Positions 23,890 to 36,620 of a DNA stretch of 64,000 nt are shown here, one piece after another. The translations under genes were made by a program, and so were the position numbers. The notes under the pieces were generated by a model. That model ran no database searches, was not told the origin of the DNA, and saw only the letters and a list, made by a program, of their open reading frames with translations. The stretch comes from Octopus sinensis (lineage: Eukaryota), in assembly GCF_006345805.1 (NCBI RefSeq), contig NC_043000.1:73098001-73162000 (forward strand). The letters are read 5' to 3'. The number at the start of each line of letters is the position of its first letter. Within the stretch, counting starts at the first letter, position 1.

Positions 23890-26800
23890 TATATATATAA
23901 TCACTATGTAAAGTATGTGCTTCAAATAGTATGAATATTATTTAAACTAGCAGAAAGACTGCCCTTCGAATAGTTTTATGCTAGCCACTTGATAATGTTT
24001 TCACATTTGATTCCCAATTCTAATAATCTTTATGATGTCTAATTATTTCTTTAATAATAGTGCTCACTTGCTTAGTAAATATTACTTTCATTATTTTATC
24101 ACAGTCATAATCTCTTTTTTTAAACAAACATCATGGTAGTCCAACAACAGTTTTACCTTTCCCTCAAAGCAACATAGAGATTACAATTCAGCAGCCCATC
24201 TGTAAGCTTTGCAGCGTGTATGTGCGAGAGAGAGAGAGTGGGGAGGAGAGAGAACATTGAGAACGATGAATGAAATAAACATGAAATGAAAAAATCATAA
24301 TAAAAGGGCATTTCTACAGATGTACATGCCCCCGACTTTGTTGCCTCATAACATCCAGAAAAATGGATACTTTTCAACAAAATTTCTACCACTTAGATGT
24401 TGTAGCTTCAGAGTATATAGAGATTTATGGGGAAGAATTTTCCAAGGAAGTGGAGGGAGGAGTTTTCTGAAAATTTACACAATCTGATTTTTTCCTTCAT
24501 AACTTTCAGGAAAATGGGTATCTTTTAATGAAAGTTTATACAAATTATTTCCAAATGAATTTGTGTGGAAAATTTTTTCAGGGATTTTCCTCATTTTTAT
24601 TTAAACCACAGCCTTTGAAATGATGAAGTTGGGTAGAGGGAGGCATCTTTGTATGAAAACTCTTTTTTTCTTTACAACCCGCCTCCTTCATCATCCCTCT
24701 CTAGACCTATTTTGGCCAATTTTTTTTTGCACTACAAAATCATGGAAAGAGCATTTTTGGTAAAAAAAAAAAAAAACTCACTATTTTGAGAGGGAAAAGT
24801 GAGAGATTTTAGGGCAATTTGGCTATTGTTTCTAGCACATCCAAAGACAACCCTCCTTGTTTCTTTATCACTCTTGCATGTATTGATGTTTTTCAATATT
24901 TTTTCCTCATAAGATGGCGAGCTAGCAGAAATGTTATCATGCCAGGCGAAATACTTAGCAATATTTCATCTGTCTTTACATTCACCAATGTTAACTTTAT
25001 CTTTTATCCTTTCAGGGTCAATAAATTAAGTACCAGTTACATACTGGAGTCGATCTAATTAACTGGCCCCCTCCCCAAAAATTTCGGGCCTTGTGCCTAG
25101 TGTAAAAAAGAATATTTTTTCCCCTTAAATACATTTATATGCTATAAAAAAGAAAATTTGAGAAATTATGAATTTTTGAAACCCACACCCTACCCCCGAT
25201 TGTTTCTTGTTTAGAAATTAAAATATTGGTGAGCCTGAGAAGGTCATTGCTGGCATTTATCCACAGTGATTTTTAAAAAGTTACACAAATAATTCATTTT
25301 AATAGCATACTTTTCTGTTTGAAAATGTTTTTTTCATACACACACGCACTGCTTCTTTTAATTGAGGTGGGGGTAAAAATTTAGATTACAATTTATTTTG
25401 TTACCTATAGTCCATCAAAGGACCACACATGTGTTACTTCAGCAACATCATTCCATAAAATGTGTTTAATGGGAGAAAAATATTTGAAAAAGCATTAATA
25501 AATGTGTAGGTGAAAAGGGATTGTGGTTTGAGTTGTGCTAGAAACAACAACAAAGCCTCTCTTGAATTGTTCACCTTTTCTCTGGAAATATTAACGATTT
25601 ATTTTGTTCTTTTTTACCAAAAATGCTCTTTGCATGGTTTTTAAGTTAAAAAAGAAAATGGCCAAAATCAGTCTGGATAGTTATTATTGTAAGGCTTATA
25701 GCGTTCCAAACAGCCATAACAACAAAATCACTTTTTAAATTGTTTTACAAAAATTATACAGGTATTTTAAAAAATTTTCATTCAATAAATAATGTTTTTA
25801 CATTACATATACATTAATAGAATAGACTGTCGGTTTTCCAAATAGCAAACTAAAACTTGAAATGGAAATATTGAAAGAGAAAGGGAGAGACTTTGCAACT
25901 GAAAATGGAATACTCCACAGTGAATGTAATGAATGTTTAAATTTGTGAAGAAACGGATGCAGTGAATACAATGAATATTTAAATTTGCAAGAAATTGGAG
26001 TTAAAAAATTCAATAAACTTGAGAAATCAAAATTATAGGAAATTTCTTAGAACATGAATTTATAAAAATATTTCCAAATAGTCAACCCTTTAATAATTGT
26101 TTTCTTTTAGTAACTGTTACATACCTAATTAATAAGCAGCTTTCTCCATTATAGTATAGAAGATATTACAAATTATTTTATTAAGTCCATATAATAATGA
26201 ATGTGTACAAGGTGCTTGTTGCTTTGTGCTGACTGTTAGGAACTATATATGACTGCTGAGAGCTGAACTGTAGCTGGTGGAGATGAGGCTGACTGTTAAC
26301 TGTTGTGTGCTTGCTATTATTTCTAGTGCTGGTGGCCAACAGTTAAACATAGAAGAAAACAAAATCTATTGAAATTTTTTACAACAAACATTCTTTTTGT
26401 ACTCAAACAGAAGGCAAATACTGTTGTTACTACAAATGACAAATGTTGAGAGAGTTTGGATGTTATTGTTTTGGTATAATTGTAGAGTATCCAAAAAGTT
26501 ACTGCAAGTTGTGTTGCTGTAGCCGATATTTCATTATGTTGAATGTCAGCTTGGTTCAGCCACTGCCCATATCTATTCACTTTCTCTGCTCATCTCAAAA
26601 GCTCTGTCTGGTGGACGCATGTGTGTCATTTTATATCTATTGATGGACTCAAAGGAGAGCAGCAAAAGTTGAGATTGCCGTTGAAGCTACATGAAGTCAT
26701 GTGAAGATTGGCCAGATTTTGTTGATTATATGGGCAACATTATTTCCAGGCAAAGTCATTATTGGTTAAATTCGCTGATCATGTGGGCAACATTCCAGCA

Positions 26801-27384
26801 CATCATGACATCATGTGATTGTTAAATATTCTCGATACAAATGCTCTACAATACATTCTTCTAGAGTTTGAAGGCAGCCTGCATCTGTATCTAAGGTGGA
26901 ATCAGCCTTGATATTTTGATTGCAAACATGCTCATTGAAACTACAAACCAGCTAAGATTGTTTTATTGTAAACTATAACTTTTTTGTCAAAGCTTTTACA
27001 TTTCCTTCTCTGTCATTGTCATCACGTTGATAGAGGCCATGGGGAATGAGATTCTTTTCTCTTGTGCATAAATGTTTGTCTGAAGTACAGATGACAAATT
27101 AATTTATTAGCTCATTAATACAGAAACTCGAGTTTGGGGTTAACTATAAAAATATTTTATAATTTCATCCTCTTTGAAATTGCTTTTATTCATGGTTTGG
27201 GTTTTGTCTGCCCTTTCTAGCATTCAAGGTGTCCTGTCAAAGATTACCTCTTTTGTGTATAAATACTTAATTGTTTGTACACTATTATATATGAAAATAT
27301 GTTGTCTATTGACTTTATTACACATGCTAGCCACTGGTATGAGAGTTTTTCTAAATTTTCTACCCTTATTATTTTGAAAGTATA

Positions 27385-27386
27385 AA

Positions 27387-27424
<38 letters not shown>

Positions 27425-27426
27425 AA

Positions 27427-27468
<42 letters not shown>

Positions 27469-27482
27469 ATATATAATATAAT

Positions 27483-27574
<92 letters not shown>
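27385..27574. repeat. (TA)n/(TG)n microsatellite
   Basis: Direct reading. Confidence 0.95.
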
Positions 27575-27577
<3 letters not shown>

Positions 27578-27880
27578 GAGGCGCAATGGCCCAGTGGTTA
27601 GGGCAGCGGACTTGCAGTCGTAGGATCGCGGTTTCGATTCCCAGACCGGGCGTTGTGTGTGTTTATTGAGCGAAAACACCTAAAAGCTCCACAACGCTCC
27701 AGCAGGGGGTGGTGATCCCTGCTGTACTCTTTCACCACTCTTTCTCTCACTCTTTCATCTGTTGGCCTGCTCGCTTAGCCAGCGGGGTGGCGTCATTCGA
27801 AGGCTAAAACAATGCGAACGCATTGTGACCAGCAATGTGTAGCAACATCTGATGGTCTGGTCGGTCACGTGATCACGTGA
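27575..27880 (+). mobile_element. tRNA-derived SINE
   Basis: A box tggcccagtgg and B box ggtttcgattccc, then a non-tRNA body ending in a tandem (cacgtgat) tail. Confidence 0.85.
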
Positions 27881-28669
27881 TATATATATATATACTAGAT
27901 ATACCCATGTTTGAATCTACATGTTTGTATATATAAGTGTATGTGTATGTATGCATGTGTGAGTGTGGTGAATTTTTAAATAAGGCATATGTGAGATTTT
28001 TGGAGGCTTGGTTTGAGAAAGAAAGGTATGTTTTCCTGGGATGGTATAAACCTCTTCAAGTTGAAAATATCGATGTGCAGTGACTAAGGAAGAAATGCTA
28101 TTTTATTTAAAATAGTAATTTTTATATTTCAATTTTGGATTTGATTTGCAAGATTCTTTATATGAGTTCGTGTGTTGAAGCATATTCTGTTGTGTCTGGG
28201 GAGAGTTATTTTCTTTTTGTACCTTATAATTTTACACACTCACTCATAAAATTTCCACCTAGGAAAATAAAAATAAGAAATAAGTGGAAATTTTACCGGT
28301 GAATGTATTAATTATCAGGCACAAAAAGAAAATGACTCTCCCCAGACACAACAATAATTTTTATCAACTTAATCAAAGGGCAAAAAAACAGAGTCCCTTC
28401 TAGTGAATTTATTTCAACTCCATGTTATACCAATAGAAGCCATCCAACAGCACAGGGAGGAAACAGTCAAAAGTTTTTGCAATGCAACAACAGATTAAGG
28501 GAGTAAAAAAGAAAGCATAGTAATTTTCTCTTTAAGAAAACAATTAAGTTGAAAACGTGGATTTGAAGTACCGACCCCCTTCCCCCCAAAGTCGAGTGAG
28601 TGGAAATAGATTACTATGATTATCTTTTTGAAATATGAGGTCAGTCCATCGCCACTTAATAGGTTTCTG

Positions 28670-29130
28670 ACCTTCAAATAATTCCTTCATTTTTGGTGGT
28701 AAGTCATGTAATGGTGCGAAATTAACTTTTCCATTAATACAGCAAAAGATGGCAATTTCTCCTGGAAATTTGAAAGCTCTACAATAGGGGCATATTTGAT
28801 TCATTTCTCCAAGAGAGACATCAATATCTTGATGGTTGCAGAGTTGACGGTGCTGGTTTTGAAGCCATTGAGCTTCTAATTTAAGTCGTTTCTGTTCTTC
28901 ATTTTCATTCAAATGAACTTGCTGTTGTCTCATTCGATCTTGCTCTAGTCTTTCAGCCCTTTGAGCATAATTTTCATTTAAATATCGGAGTTGTTGTCTT
29001 TCCAATTTACATTGTCTCTGTTCTTCAGTTTTAAGTCTTAATTGCTCTCTTTTTAATATCTTGATGTCTTTCCCTGTTTAGTTGATACCTCTCCCTTTCT
29101 CTGGTCCTTTTGGCTTTGTGTGTTGGAAGG
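28670..29130 (-). mobile_element. Helitron Rep/Helicase N-terminal fragment
   Basis: SLGEMNQICPYCRAFKFPGEIAIFCCINGKVNFAPLHDLPPKMKELFEG matches the Helitron motif G.M...C..C.A.KF..E....CC..GKV...L..PP, preceded by a charged R/E/Q repeat. Confidence 0.8.
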
Positions 29131-29495
29131 CTTAAATCAAGCCTTTTTGGTAGCATCTGGGAAAAATATTCTTATGAATTCTTATAAAAAATATCTCATA
29201 AAAATATAGGGAGAATTTCTATCTTTCACTCCACAGCACTTATTCAAAGTTGTTTGAATGACTAAGGGAGGAAAAAAGAAAGTAAAAAAAAGTAAGGGAA
29301 AAGGATGTATGGTGGTAGCTATGATGACTCTTTTTGAAGTGTTGCCACCACAAATCAACATTTTCAACTTGATATTTTTTTCTTAAAGGGAGAAATGTCT
29401 ATTTTAGTTGTAATTTTTATCTTAATCAAAGGGCAGGAAAACAGACAAACTTTGAGTTTTAGTTTAATATAGACACACATAAACACACGCACATG

Positions 29496-29539
<44 letters not shown>

Positions 29540-30075
29540 TATAGATTGCTTCAAGTGGTGTACAGATTTTATATTTTAAGAAAAAGGTGGTCAGAATTTG
29601 GATAAAAACTATTTATTTAGTGCTTTCATCCCTCTCCGGGATTCCTCATGAATGGGTTGTTTATATGTGTGACTTAGTTGAAAAAAATCTGGTGTTGAAT
29701 TTGTTTTCTCAGGAAAAGGATGTTTTGAGAGTGGCTAGTTGAGATGTTCATTGTCATTTTGAATCTACATGTTTGTATATATAAATGTATGTGTATGTAT
29801 GTGTGTGTAAGTGAGTGTGGTGAATTTTTAAACAAAGCATGTGAGATTTTTGGAGGTTTGGTTTGAGAAAGAAAGGTGTGTTTTTCTGGGATGGTATAAA
29901 TTGATGGCATGCCAAACTTTTTATCACTTGCACTAACAGGATATTTGGTCAGCTGTCATGTTGCCCAGCTGTAGAAAATTAAATCTATCAAATAGCTTGA
30001 GAAGGCTTTTAAATGTGTGTGTGTTTAAGCATATGTGTGTCATTGGTTGTTTAAGTGAATTTTTCCAGTTATTTT

Positions 30076-32520
30076 CATCATCATCATCATCATCATCATT
30101 TAACGTCCGCTCTCCATGCTAGCATGGGTTGGACGGTTCAACTGGTGTCTGGGGAGCCCGAAGGCTGCACCAGGCCAGTCAGATCTGGCAGTGTTTCTAC
30201 AGCTGGATGCCCTTCCTAACGCCAACCACTCCGAGAGTGTAGTGGGTGATTTTATGTGCCACCGACACAGGTGCCAGACGAGGTTGGCGAACGGCCACGC
30301 TCGGATGGTGTTTTTATGTGCCACCGACACAGGTGCCAGACAAGGCTGGCAGACGACCACGCTCGGATGGTGTTTTTTATGTGCCACCGACACAGGTGCC
30401 AGACGAGGCTGGCGAACGGCCACGCTCGGATGGTGTTTTTATGTGCCACCGACACAGGTGCCAGACAAGGCTGGCAGACGACCACGCTCGGATGGTGTTT
30501 TTATGTGCCACCGACACAGGTGCCAGACGAGGCTGGCGAACGGCCACGCTCGGATGGTGTTTTTATGTGTCACCGACACAGGTGCCAGACAAGGCTGGCA
30601 GACGACCACGCTCGGATGGTGTTTTTTATGTGCCACCGACACAGGTGCCAGACGAGGCTGGCGAACGGCCACGCTCGGATGGTGTTTTTATGTGCCACCG
30701 ACACAGGTGCCAGACAAGGCTGGCAGACGACCACGCTCGGATGGTGTTTTTATGTGCCACCGACACAGGTGCCAGACGAGGCTGGCGAACGGCCACGCTC
30801 GGATGGTGTTTTTATGTGCCACCGACACAGGTGCCAGACAAGGCTAGCAGACGACTACGCTCGGATGGTGTTTTTTATGTGCCACCGACACAGGTGCCAG
30901 ACGAGGCTGGCGAACGGCCACGCTCGGATGGTGTTTTTTATGTGCCACCGACACAGGTGCCAGACAAGGCTAGCAGACGACCACGCTCGGATGGTGTTTT
31001 TATGTGCCACCGACACAGGTGCCAGACGAGGCTGGCGAACGGCCACGCTCGGATGGTGTTTTTATGTGCCACCGACACAGGTGCCAGACAAGGCTAGCAG
31101 ACGACCACGCTCGGATGGTTTTTTATGTGCCACCGACACAGGTGCCAGACGAGGCTGGCGAACGGCCACGCTCGGATGGTGTTTTTATGTGCCACCGACA
31201 CAGGTGCCAGACAAGGCTGGCAGACGACCACGCTCGGATGGTGTTTTTATGTGCCACCGACACAGGTGCCAGACGAGGCTGGCGAACGGCCACGCTCGGA
31301 TGTGTGTTTTTATGTGTCACCGACACAGGTGCCAGACAAGGCTGGCAGACGACCACGCTCGGATGGTGTTTTTTATGTGCCACCGACACAGGTGCCAGAC
31401 GAGGCTGGCGAACGGCCACGCTCGGATGTGTGTTTTTATGTGCCACCGACACAGGTGCCAGACAAGGCTGGCAGACGACCACGCTCGGATGGTGTTTTTA
31501 TGTGCCACCGACACAGGTGCCAGACGAGGCTGGCGAACGGCCACGCTCGGATGGTGTTTTTATGTGCCACCGACACAGGTGCCAGACAAGGCTAGCAGAC
31601 GACTACGCTCGGATGGTGTTTTTTATGTGCCACCGACACAGGTGCCAGACGAGGCTGGCGAACGGCCACGCTCGGATGGTGTTTTTATGTGCCACCGACA
31701 CAGGTGCCAGACAAGGCTAGCAGACGACCACGCTCGGATGGTGTTTTTATGTGCCACCGACACAGGTGCCAGACGAGGCTGGCGAACGGCCACGCTCGGA
31801 TGGTGTTTTTATGTGCCACCGACACAGGTGCCAGACAAGGCTAGCAGACGACCACGCTCGGATGGTGTTTTTTTTTATGTGCCACCGACACAGGTGCCAG
31901 ACGAGGCTGGCGAACGGCCACGCTCGGATGGTGTTTTTATGTGCCACCGACACAGGTGCCAGACAAGGCTAGCAGACGACCACGCTCGGATGGTGTTTTT
32001 TTTTATGTGCCACCGACACAGGTGCCAGACGAGGCTGGCGAACGGCCACGCTCGGATGGTGTTTTTATGTGCCACCGACACAGGTGCCAGACAAGGCTAG
32101 CAGACGACCACGCTCGGATGGTGTTTTTTTTTATGTGCCACCGACACAGGTGCCAGACGAGGCTGGCGAACGGCCACGCTCGGATGGTGTTTTTATGTGC
32201 CACCGACACAGGTGCCAGACAAGGCTAGCAGATGACCACGCTCGGATGGTGTTTTTTTATGTGCCACCGACACAGGAGCCATATTAGGCTGGCGATCGGC
32301 CACGATTGGATGGTGATTGTTACGTGCCCACAGCATGGAGGCCAGTCGGTGCGGTACTGGCTACGCCCACGTTCGGATGGTATTCTTGTGTGCCACCGGC
32401 ACTGGTACCACAAAGATACAAATTCCATTGATGTTCATCTATTTTGATTTTGTTTGATTTTCACTTGCCTCAACAGGTCTTCACAAGTGTCACAAGAAGG
32501 AAGGTATGCACAGGTGGACT
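30076..32520 (-). mobile_element. RTE 3' UTR copy inflated by an internal VNTR
   Basis: Canonical (CAT)n-ttaacgtccgc end and gcctcaacaggtcttcacaag upstream part flank the array. Confidence 0.88.
30257..32261. repeat. Tandem array of 32 ~62-bp units alternating A/B (16 dimers of ~124-128 bp)
   Basis: A: tgccaccgacacaggtgccagacgaggctggcgaacggccacgctcggatggtgtttttatg; B: ...gacaaggct(g/a)gcagacgaccacg...; 16 A and 16 B counted by eye. Confidence 0.95.
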
Positions 32521-32559
32521 GACTAGTAACAGTAATGAGAACATTATTAATAATAATAT

Positions 32560-33450
32560 CTGGTGACTATCTGGTTTACTTCATTTGAGAAAGTAATTTT
32601 TTTTAAGTAAGAATTTCTCATGATTGCATAAATATACTTTTTACACGTTTTGTTTTGGTGAATTTTTTTTTTTAATTTAGTTTCATTGCCATCCAGTGTT
32701 TTGGAGAATCACTTGGGCATTTGTTGAATGGAAAAATCTTGAATCAACTATTTCCGCATATTTCCAGAAGTTTGCTCAATAGAATCTTACATAATTCTTT
32801 TTGTTTGGTATGTTGCACATTATCAAGGGGAATTGGTGGTTTCATCAATATAATTTTCGTTGCAACTGGGGCAGGTTATGCAGTAAATAAGATTCTGTGC
32901 CTTGTGGTTCATGTTTGCATTTATTTGGAAGGAGAATACACTTTTATATGAGAACCAGTATCCAAATATTTGAAATTGTTGTTGTTATTGTATATTCTAC
33001 ATCTTTTGTCTCCATGGAACATTCTGAATTATCTTCTGATGTAAATTTTGCTCTTGTGAGATGCTTTTAAAGACTTTTTTGGTTGATGTTTGATGTTCCT
33101 TGAGATTTTCATCAACTAGTTTTTTCCATTTTGAGGCTTTGAAATAGTATTCATAGGTTTAATTTGGTAGCATTAATTATGTTGGTTCCTCCTGAATCAT
33201 GTGTGTTCATAAACAGAATAGTATTTTCTTCAACTTTTTTCATAGTTATCCTCAGTTGTACAATGTCTAGTTTCATTGCTCTTATAATTCAATTTTTTAT
33301 TAATTTTAAGGAGTAACTCTGTTCTTTTAGGGAGCCTTTAACTTCATTAAGTTGAATTTGACATATTTTTGGGTCAATCACTATTGCACAAATACATCAT
33401 GCCATACTATATGGAATGTTCTTTTTTTTGTAATTTTTATGTGGATGTAA
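32560..33450 (-). mobile_element. Penelope-like element fragment (GIY-YIG region)
   Basis: Minus strand NMNHKAQNLIYCITCPSCNENYIDET; same family as 53917-54400. Confidence 0.7.
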
Positions 33451-33759
33451 TCTTTATGTGGATGTCTAAGGACAGTAACTTTTGTCACTGGTTTCTGTTG
33501 ATAATGAAACCCATTTTGAAACATTTGTTTATCTTCTCTATGTTCTTTTTTACCCATGCATTTATGTATGTATACCTTTTTTGTATATAATCGTTTAAAT
33601 TTTTCCTCTGAAGAAGAAGCTGGGCAGATACAAAGCTGAAGCATTAACTAAAAAACAGTCAACATCAGTGACTGAGTTACTCTATTCAACCGCCTGTGGA
33701 AGTGACAATATGTCATAAGCATATTTTAACTGACCCAAGGTTCATTTATTCCTAATCAT

Positions 33760-34680
33760 TGCTTAGCACTTATTCTATTATACATACATACATTACTTGT
33801 CTGATAACCTTAAGTACATGCCCACAGAAGTTGCATAACCCTACCACAACATATCAGATGAAAGGACGAGCATACATCAGCAGAAGACCATGCATGGATA
33901 TATTAGCAGAAAGCTCCGGGATGATAGTAACATTGATTATCAAAGCAGTCTATAATAGACCAACAACTGGATTACTAACTCCCACTTTGAAGGGTATGCG
34001 TTTGCAATCCAGGAACAGGAAATATCAACCAAATACCTAATGCACAAAAGGGACAGAAATGCAAGAAAAGCAGCAAAAAAAACAAAGAAGACTTTATGGA
34101 GTTAACACCAAAGATATCAGCCACATCATAAGCAGTTGTCCGAAAATGTCATCACAGTATTATCTACTGATGAGACAGGATGTTGTATCCAAAACACTGT
34201 ATAATGAGATCCATCAGAAGGATAACTTCAGGGCCTAAGAAATAAGACCCCTCAGTATGGTAGAAGCCATAGCCACTCTTAATAAAAAGGAATATTGGTG
34301 GAACGTTCCAGTGAAAACCTCAATAAAATGTAAATGTAATAGACCTGACATAGTGATTTGGGATAGAGAAGAAACTGTGTACAGTAGGGGAAATTAGCTA
34401 CCCACTGGATGTTAACATAAAAGCTAGAGATCAGCGAAAAGGAAAATACTTATGCTGAACTATTGAGAAATCTCCAGTTACTCTATCCAAGTTCAGATTT
34501 ATACCTGTAATTATTGGGTCACTGTGATATGTAACACACTGCCTAAGTATGAAGCCTGAGAAATCAGGCTTCTCAAAGCCAGAAAGGAGAAAGCTGATTC
34601 GAAGATTACAGATCCAAGCTATCACTGGAACTGTAAACATCTGTAAAACTTTCCAGAAGTTTATTATTTGAGTATATATA
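33760..34680 (+). mobile_element. R4/Dong-like non-LTR retrotransposon 3' fragment (restriction-like endonuclease)
   Basis: HFEGYAFAIQEQEISTKYLMHKRD, DISHIISSCPKMSSQYY, WWNVPVKT..RPDIVIWD, FIPVIIGSL, QIQAITGTVNICKTF; decayed. Confidence 0.75.
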
Positions 34681-34704
34681 AGCATGTCTAGACATGCTTA
34701 TATA

Positions 34705-35440
34705 TATATGGGTGGAGCAGAGAAGATGAACGTTTTTAAAATGGCTATTACTCAGCCCCAGGGGGAGGGACATATGTCCAACAGGTACCATTCGGCCTGT
34801 GGTATCTTAGCATTTTTTTTCTTTTCAGGTAAAGCCATGGTACAGTGAATGATATAGCATCACGTGTTTGTCTACGACTGTTATGTGAAGAATGGCGAGT
34901 CTTTCACAGCAGTTCAGTATGAGTTTTAGCACCACTTCAACATACACCAAAATCAAGCTGTTCCCACTCATAACACAATCTTACATTGTATATGAGGTAC
35001 ACTAATGAATAGGAAACCAGTGGAGACACACACCATGAATGGTACAAACCCTAGAAAATGTGGAACGCATCAGACAAGCTTTGATACAGAGTCCAAATCA
35101 CTCTGCTTGGAGGCATTCCACTGAACTTGGCATCGGTAATCAATTGGTAAGGCGTATTTTACATGAAGGCCTGCATTTCCACCCATACAAATTAGTCATT
35201 GGGCAAAAGTTGAAATTAACAGAGCAATCCTGGAGAGAGTGGAGGCCAACTTCCAAGAATGCCTTCAGAAATGCATCAATGAAAATGGACATCACATGAG
35301 GGTTGTTGTTTTCCACACTTGATTTTGACAAATGCTAATTCAATACAGATACATTGATGTCAATAAAATTTGTTTACAACTAAAATTAATGATTTTGTGA
35401 ATTTTTTGAACACATCCGTCCTCTGTGCCCTACTCTGTAT
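34705..35440 (+). mobile_element. Internally deleted Tc1/mariner-type transposon
   Basis: Diverged TIRs gggtggagcagagaaga / tcctctgtgccctactctgta; transposase piece QSPNHSAWRHSTELGI..VRRILHEGLHFHPYKL. Confidence 0.7.
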
Positions 35441-36060
35441 ATGCATGAGAATACATATATGAAACAAAACATACAAATCTGCACATATACATACATAAAT
35501 ACATGAATGCATGCATGCTGCATACATACACACACACGCATACATACATACAAAAATATCTTGTTGATGTTGTTGAAATCCCAATGAAGGAGCCTCGGAT
35601 CTAGGTTAGAAACTGGCTCTTTCTCTACCCTCCTCCTCCTTCTTCTTCAAATAACACACACACACAATGGAAGATGCACAATGTGAAAGCATATCTTTGA
35701 TGCAAGCCTGATGAAGTGCCACTCAAATGTCTAAACCTGCAAGCATTACATAAATTTTCACTTTGAATTTTTGTGTAAACTGGTGTTACAAGCTGAGTTG
35801 GTACAGAAACAACTGTAAAGAATCATTAAAGATTTGTTAAAGAATTTCTTTGTCTTCTTATTATTTGGATTATAATTTACTCTTTTCCACACCCACACTA
35901 TGGGGTTACCATTGTAAAACCTGGATTTTCTTCACTTGAAGAATTTTGGTATTAGTCTGGAATCCAATTGTGTTAATAACCCAGAACTTGAGCTGAGTGC
36001 TTCACTGGAAATAGCCTACATTTATACCCTACCAGGATCTAAGATATATATATGTTTAGT

Positions 36061-36262
36061 AGGTTGTTTGTTATGGCTGGTCAGAGAGTAACCATTGGTT
36101 TCACACCTATAAAGCACTTGGCTGTATAGGTGACTCATCAGACTCAAAAGGTTGGACTGGAGGTAGGCTGGCTATTTGAGTCTGACAAGTCACCTACACA
36201 GCTAAGCGCTTTATAGCTGTGAAACCAATGGTGACTCTTTAACCGGCCATAACAAACAACCT
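36061..36262. repeat. ~88-bp inverted repeat with a ~26-nt loop (MITE-like hairpin)
   Basis: aggttgtttgttatggc...tcagactcaaa pairs with tttgagtctga...gccataacaaacaacct; about 10 mismatches. Confidence 0.9.
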
Positions 36263-36349
36263 TCTATATGTATTATTACTCTAATGTTGTAGAATGTGCT
36301 TCTTTTTCGGATAAATGAACTACTGATGACACACACACACACATATATA

Positions 36350-36620
36350 CATGGTTTAGTGGTTGCGTATTACACTCATGACCTACTGATCATGGTTTCA
36401 ATTTCTAGACTGAGTGGTGTATTGTGTTCTTGAGCAAAACACTTCATCTCATTTTGCTCTGTGGTCACTTTGACACCTGACGCGTAGTACACCACGAACC
36501 TATTCAGATAACAGTGAATAGATGGTGACATGAACATTTGATGACTATAAATAAATCAGTTGTGCAGGTCGTTCAACAAAAGTTGAATGCTCATTCATCA
36601 TCTTCGAGAGGAGAGTCCAT
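36350..36620 (+). mobile_element. Diverged tRNA-derived SINE
   Basis: tggtttagtggtt...ggtttcaatttc head followed by tgtgttcttgagcaaaacactt core. Confidence 0.65.

Noticed and set aside
26200-27000. Coding-looking minus-strand stretches (FNEHVCNQNIKADSTL..., Q-rich segment)
   Set aside because: Short, lacking convincing donor sites and unrecognisable; cannot be supported.
27575-27650. tRNA gene
   Set aside because: A and B boxes are present, but there is no complete cloverleaf or terminator and the sequence continues into a SINE body and tail.
30257-32261. CRISPR-like array, or a 614-aa repetitive protein
   Set aside because: There are no unique spacers and no cas genes. The units alternate between two fixed variants and lie inside a LINE UTR, so the ORFs are by-products of the repeat.
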